Positions 59,389 to 64,000 of a DNA stretch of 64,000 nucleotides are shown here, one piece after another. Positions within the stretch are counted from its first letter, which is position 1. Each line of letters starts with the position of its first letter. The stretch lies in assembly GCF_009914755.1 (NCBI RefSeq), contig NC_060930.1, one strand, 5' to 3'. A program made the translations under genes and the position numbers. The notes beneath the pieces were generated by a model. That model worked only from the letters and a program-made list of their open reading frames with translations. It did no database searches and was not told the origin of the DNA. The stretch is from the human T2T-CHM13v2.0 reference genome, Homo sapiens.

Positions 59389-61452
59389 GGTATAGTATCA
59401 ATGTTGATTTAATGATTTCATGGTTTTGATCATTATTATATAGTTTTATAATTTTTTAACATTAGAGGAAGCTGAGTCAAAGGTATATGTAGGCTCTCTA
59501 TACTATTTTCGCAATTTTTACATCTAAAATTATGTCAAAATAAAACATAAAAATCTAAAAATAAAAAATAAAGTCACAGCCCTTCCCACTATGAGGCCAT
59601 TTCATAGTTGGTACCTGCTTGCCAGCTGCCCCACCCCAAAGCTCTGTGATATAATGAATCTCCCTTACCTAGCTCTGTTACTCAGTACAACACTGACACA
59701 TCAAGGTGCTCAGGAAATGATTGGTTTTTACTAGTTTATCACTAGATAATAATGTACTATTTTAAGTTACTTTACTTGGCTAATGGATGGTTATTTGGTG
59801 ACAAGCTGGTGGCAGGGTTCTCCCTGTTTTTTAAAGCTGGTCTGAGTCAGCATGAAACTTTCTCATTCTGGGCATCTTGGGCTATGATCACAAGAACAAA
59901 GCGAATTCTGATTTTCTTTTCCTAATCAGATCCAACTCTATTGTTAATTTTACAGTTGCAAATAATGCTAGACAGCATTTATTATATGCCCACTCAGAAT
60001 CATATTCAAAACCAGGAAATCCACATTTGTTCCTATAGGTGCATTTTTAGACATCACCTTATAAAGCATGGAATTGTAAAATTCTACTTTCTGTATGTTA
60101 CCCTCTTCAATCACAGCAGAGACTTGTGATCCCCTAAAGGGCAGAGGGCACAACATCCATCCTTCAGTCATCTGGATTACCGTTTGTTCTCTGATCTTTG
60201 GTCCTCCATTCTCCAGTTCCTGGTTTCTGCTCTTTTGGAGTCACACAACTTAGTTCTCTCACCTGGAAAAAGAGAGAAGATAATATCACAAAGCAGGGTT
60301 GTGGTGAGGATTAGAAAACATGATGTGTAAATAACTATGGTACAAAAGCATGCACAAGTGCTTAATACATGTTCACTTCCTTGTTTCCTTCAGTTTCTTC
60401 TGTGCCACAGGGCCTGCTTAACCCATTAACAACATATAACAGAGTTTGGCATTAAATAAGGTTTGATACAGTCCTCAAACTACAAACTAGAGTGTTAACC
60501 TAAAGGCTACTGTTCCAAGGTTTATAAAAAATTATAAGATTACATAAAGTGCCCTAACTATAAGCTCAGCAAACATGTAAACAATCTAAATATTCAGTAT
60601 TATAAATTTGATCAATAGAAAATATGCTGATGGTGATAAGTATCAAATTAAACATTCTCTGGGCAGTTGTATTTGTCTCTTATAGGAAGTTTTTAAAGAG
60701 ATGATTTGCATAATTCAGACCTCTTAGAAAGTTTTTAGAACATATTTGGACTGATGACTTCTTTTTTATCAGTTATTCAGTAGTACACAGAGACGTGTTC
60801 CGTGAATGTGTTATTAATCATGATAATTAAGATGACAATGGTGTTTGATACTGACAAATTCATTTTAAAGAATTAATCCAATTTTTGCCCTCTTTAACAT
60901 CCTCAATTTTCTTATTTAAAATTGTAATAGTTATAGAAACAAAGGTTTATTAAAAGCTTACTATATTATAAGCATTATTCTAAATCTTGTACATGTATTA
61001 ACTTTTTAAATTCTCCCCAAAACCCTGTTATAATGATAACAGCTCATGGTTCTATAGCATTTACTATGTGCCAGAAATTGTTCAAACACTTTATATGCTT
61101 TAATTCACTTACATCTCACAGCAGAAATGTGATGAAATTATAGTTGTTAACTTATTTATAAGGAGAATAAAAGTAACTTGCTGAAGACTACAAGCTCAGG
61201 CAAAATCAAAGTACTAGGAAATAATAAATGTCATTCTATCACTTTACTTTTGGCTGTCATGGGTCCTATTTAATTTTATGTCTGCCAGCAAAAGAACACT
61301 TAACACTGTGTCCTAATAACAGATAAACTAGACCATTAAAGGGGACTTCAGATCACCATCAGAGAATTGCTAAAATGATCGCAATATCCTGAATATGCTT
61401 GATGTGTTTTCCTTTGTCATTTTCAACATTTTGCTGAATTTCTTGTCTCTGG

Positions 61453-61525
61453 GTGTGTGTGTGTGTGTGTATGTGTATGTGACAGAGAGACAGAGAGCGA
61501 GCGAGCACGCGCACAAGAGAGCGCT
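61453..61525. repeat. Compound (TG)n/(GA)n/(GC-rich) microsatellite
   Basis: gtgtgtgt..tatgtgtatgt.gacagagagacagagagcgagcgagcacgcgcac. Confidence 0.85.
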
Positions 61526-61527
61526 CC

Positions 61528-61757
61528 TTTCCTGCCCTCCTGGCTTGACATCATGGAGAACTAAAACTGCCCTTTTCCCAATGTCCTGAAAGCTGAAGCT
61601 AGACAACTCTATATAAACTTCATATAATTCACAACAGATAATGTCTGGACAACCTTTGCTGGCTGCTGTGAGGGCCATTCAGAAAGTTCAACTAAACACC
61701 AAATGCCACTAACAAAGACACTCAAACTGCAAACCAGGAAACCTGTCAGATTGCTAC
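61528..61757 (+). repeat. Direct duplicate of 52980-53211 (MER31-internal sequence)
   Basis: Manual alignment: 17 substitutions plus one 2-bp indel over about 230 bp. Confidence 0.92.
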
Positions 61758-61759
61758 AT

Positions 61760-61978
61760 GCCTGGTACCTGAACCTGCTGTAGCCATCTTGCACCCAAAG
61801 GGGAGTTAGCACACTGAGGATAGAGGGGAAAGAATCTGGGTCTTTGAGATACAATTGAGTAGGTGAACCAATGGATCCTGGAATTACTATACCTCTCTTA
61901 TATAAGACAATAGGCTTATTGTGAAAGCAGTTTTCAGTTTGGGTATCTATACTTGAAGCCAAAAGCCTTCTGATACAG
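61760..61978 (+). mobile_element. Old MLT1 LTR, 3' half
   Basis: ctgctgtagccatcttg..gaaagaatctgggtctttga..acttgaagccaaaagc.ttctgataca. Confidence 0.65.
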
Positions 61979-62066
61979 ACATATTAACTATACTCATATT
62001 TCCCTCCATGTTCATGTAATAGTTGTTTCGCAGAGGGAAATATGAGTATAGTTAATATGTCTGTAT
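61973..62066. repeat. Perfect inverted repeat, 34-bp arms with 26-nt spacer
   Basis: atacagacatattaactatactcatatttccctc (61973-62006) is the exact reverse complement of 62033-62066. Confidence 0.97.
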
Positions 62067-62149
62067 AAGAGTATACCTTATCTTGGTTTACTCTTCAGAG
62101 ATATAAACATGCAAACCACACATACACACAAACACACCAGGAGGTCTCA

Positions 62150-62520
62150 CTACAAATCAGTGCAGTAACAATCCCCAAATCTCAGTGGCTTAAAACAACA
62201 AATGTTTATTTCCTGCCATGCATGCCTGCTGTTCATGTCTACTGTGAGTTGGCTCTATGTCATCCTCTCTCTGGGACCAAGACTGATGGGGAGCACTAAC
62301 TTGAAAAATTGCATGTCACTTCAGCAGAGAACAAAATACATCCCATGGATCGCATACTGGCAATTGGATGCTGTAGCCCAGGAGTGACACACATCATTTC
62401 CTCTTCCAACTCACTGGCCAGAACTAGTCACACAACCCTGCCCAACCACAGGACAGCAAGGAAATGCAATGGGATCATGTGCCTGGAATGAGAGAAGTGG
62501 AACGGCACTAAGGACTACCA
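62150..62520 (-). mobile_element. Old MLT1 (K/L-like) LTR
   Basis: ccccaaatctcagtggcttaaaacaacaaa.gtttattt..cactggccagaactagtcaca. Confidence 0.75.
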
Positions 62521-63485
62521 AAGTTTATTAAGTATTGAAGCTGCTAAATAAGGCTATTCAACAGGGGAGGGGAAATGAGGGGTGGCAAGTAAACAGGTGA
62601 AAGAGTTTTGTTGTTGTTGTTAGCATTTGGATTTTCTTAAACTTTGAAAGATTGAAGTATGACCATAGAGATAAGTGTGCAAATCATAAATGTACAGCTC
62701 AATGAATTATCAGAAAGTGAACTCATTTGTAAAATTACCACCTAGATCAAGAAATAAAATATTACCAGTTCCCTAGAAACCCACGTTGTGACCCCTCCAA
62801 TTTCTACTTCTGTTCTTCCTCCCAAAGTTATCCTATAGACTGAAAATTTAAAAGAAATACACATTTTCACACTCATCATGAAGGAAGTAGAAAGTATCAT
62901 TCCTTTGGGGTTTCTCTAAACCTTGGGGAGAATGACTATATTGTTATTTTGGATAACTGAAACCTACAGAGGGTAAAGAATGAATCTGAGTTTACTAGGA
63001 AGTAGCACAAACCAGGGAGAACTAGGTTCTCTGAGACTTGGAGGATGGAAAGTTCTGTGAATGGAAATGATACAGGTACTTGCTCCCCTGCACTCCTCAA
63101 GGTGTCAGGACCTACGATGATGCTGTACCTTGCTTCCTGGGAGTTAGCATTGGCCATCTTGGCTTTGGAGGCTTGCAGCCCAGACTGAGGCAGACTGGAA
63201 TGCTGATGAGTTTCTCTGTGGCAGCTATGCCTGATAAACAGCAGAGGGCCAAACTCAACGCTGGTACTGGGAAATGACAGGAGAAAGAGAAGTGATAGCA
63301 ACCAAACCGGACTAAGGCCAGGCCCTGCCCTATCTCCTGGCCAACACTCAGGATTCCCATTCTATCCAAGGAGGGGTGGTGGTGGTGGTAGTTAAGTGTC
63401 CCAGTAATGACCACTTTTGTATGTCCTCCCAGCCAAGGAGGTGGAGGCACAAAGCCAGATATAATTTAGCTTAAAACACAAAACA

Positions 63486-63800
<315 letters not shown>

Positions 63801-64000
63801 CCCCACAAAAACAACAAACCCACCAAAATTAAACATTAAAAAACAAAAAAAAAATTATGCTGTTTCTAGCCCGATTTAAGGAGCAAATTTAAGTGGAGCC
63901 ATGTCTGGACTCTGCAGAAAATGTTGCAGTTTACTGGTGATGTCTACTATGGGCGCATCTAAAGCTATGCTGTCTGCCATCTTTGTTGTGGAGTTTGGTA

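Noticed and set aside
63129-63165. Minus-strand strong-Kozak ATG (gccaagATGg, MANANSQEAR) followed by AG|gtacag
   Set aside because: Weak donor, unrecognised peptide, no CpG island or downstream exon support

Overview
Primate, very probably hominid, genomic DNA: it carries about 29 Alu/FLAM elements and a full-length SVA. The window is repeat-dense intergenic or intronic sequence, and I can support no protein-coding gene, RNA gene or CRISPR array. The long ORFs in the track are read-throughs of Alu, SVA, L1, Tigger or LTR sequence. Main content: a full-length antisense SVA with a 9-bp TSD (35830-37638); a two-LTR MER31-type provirus with PBS, PPT and near-matching TSD (48256-53983); a nested Charlie1 > L1 > Tigger2 > Alu stack (13.2-18.1 kb); old ERVL gag/pol remnants (25.3-27.9 kb); many MaLR/ERV solo LTRs; and a strong CTCF motif in a CpG-enriched patch near 1.7 kb. 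The most unusual signal is not a gene. Four separate short segments (19-230 bp) are direct copies of sequence 1-8.5 kb away in this window, two of them sitting inside Alus and one joined to a perfect fold-back inversion. There is also a perfect 34-bp-arm hairpin at 61973-62066. These look like fossil scars of locally templated repair or template switching, which is an inference. Repeat family names come from remembered consensus sequences, not from a RepeatMasker run. Boundaries of old repeats are approximate.
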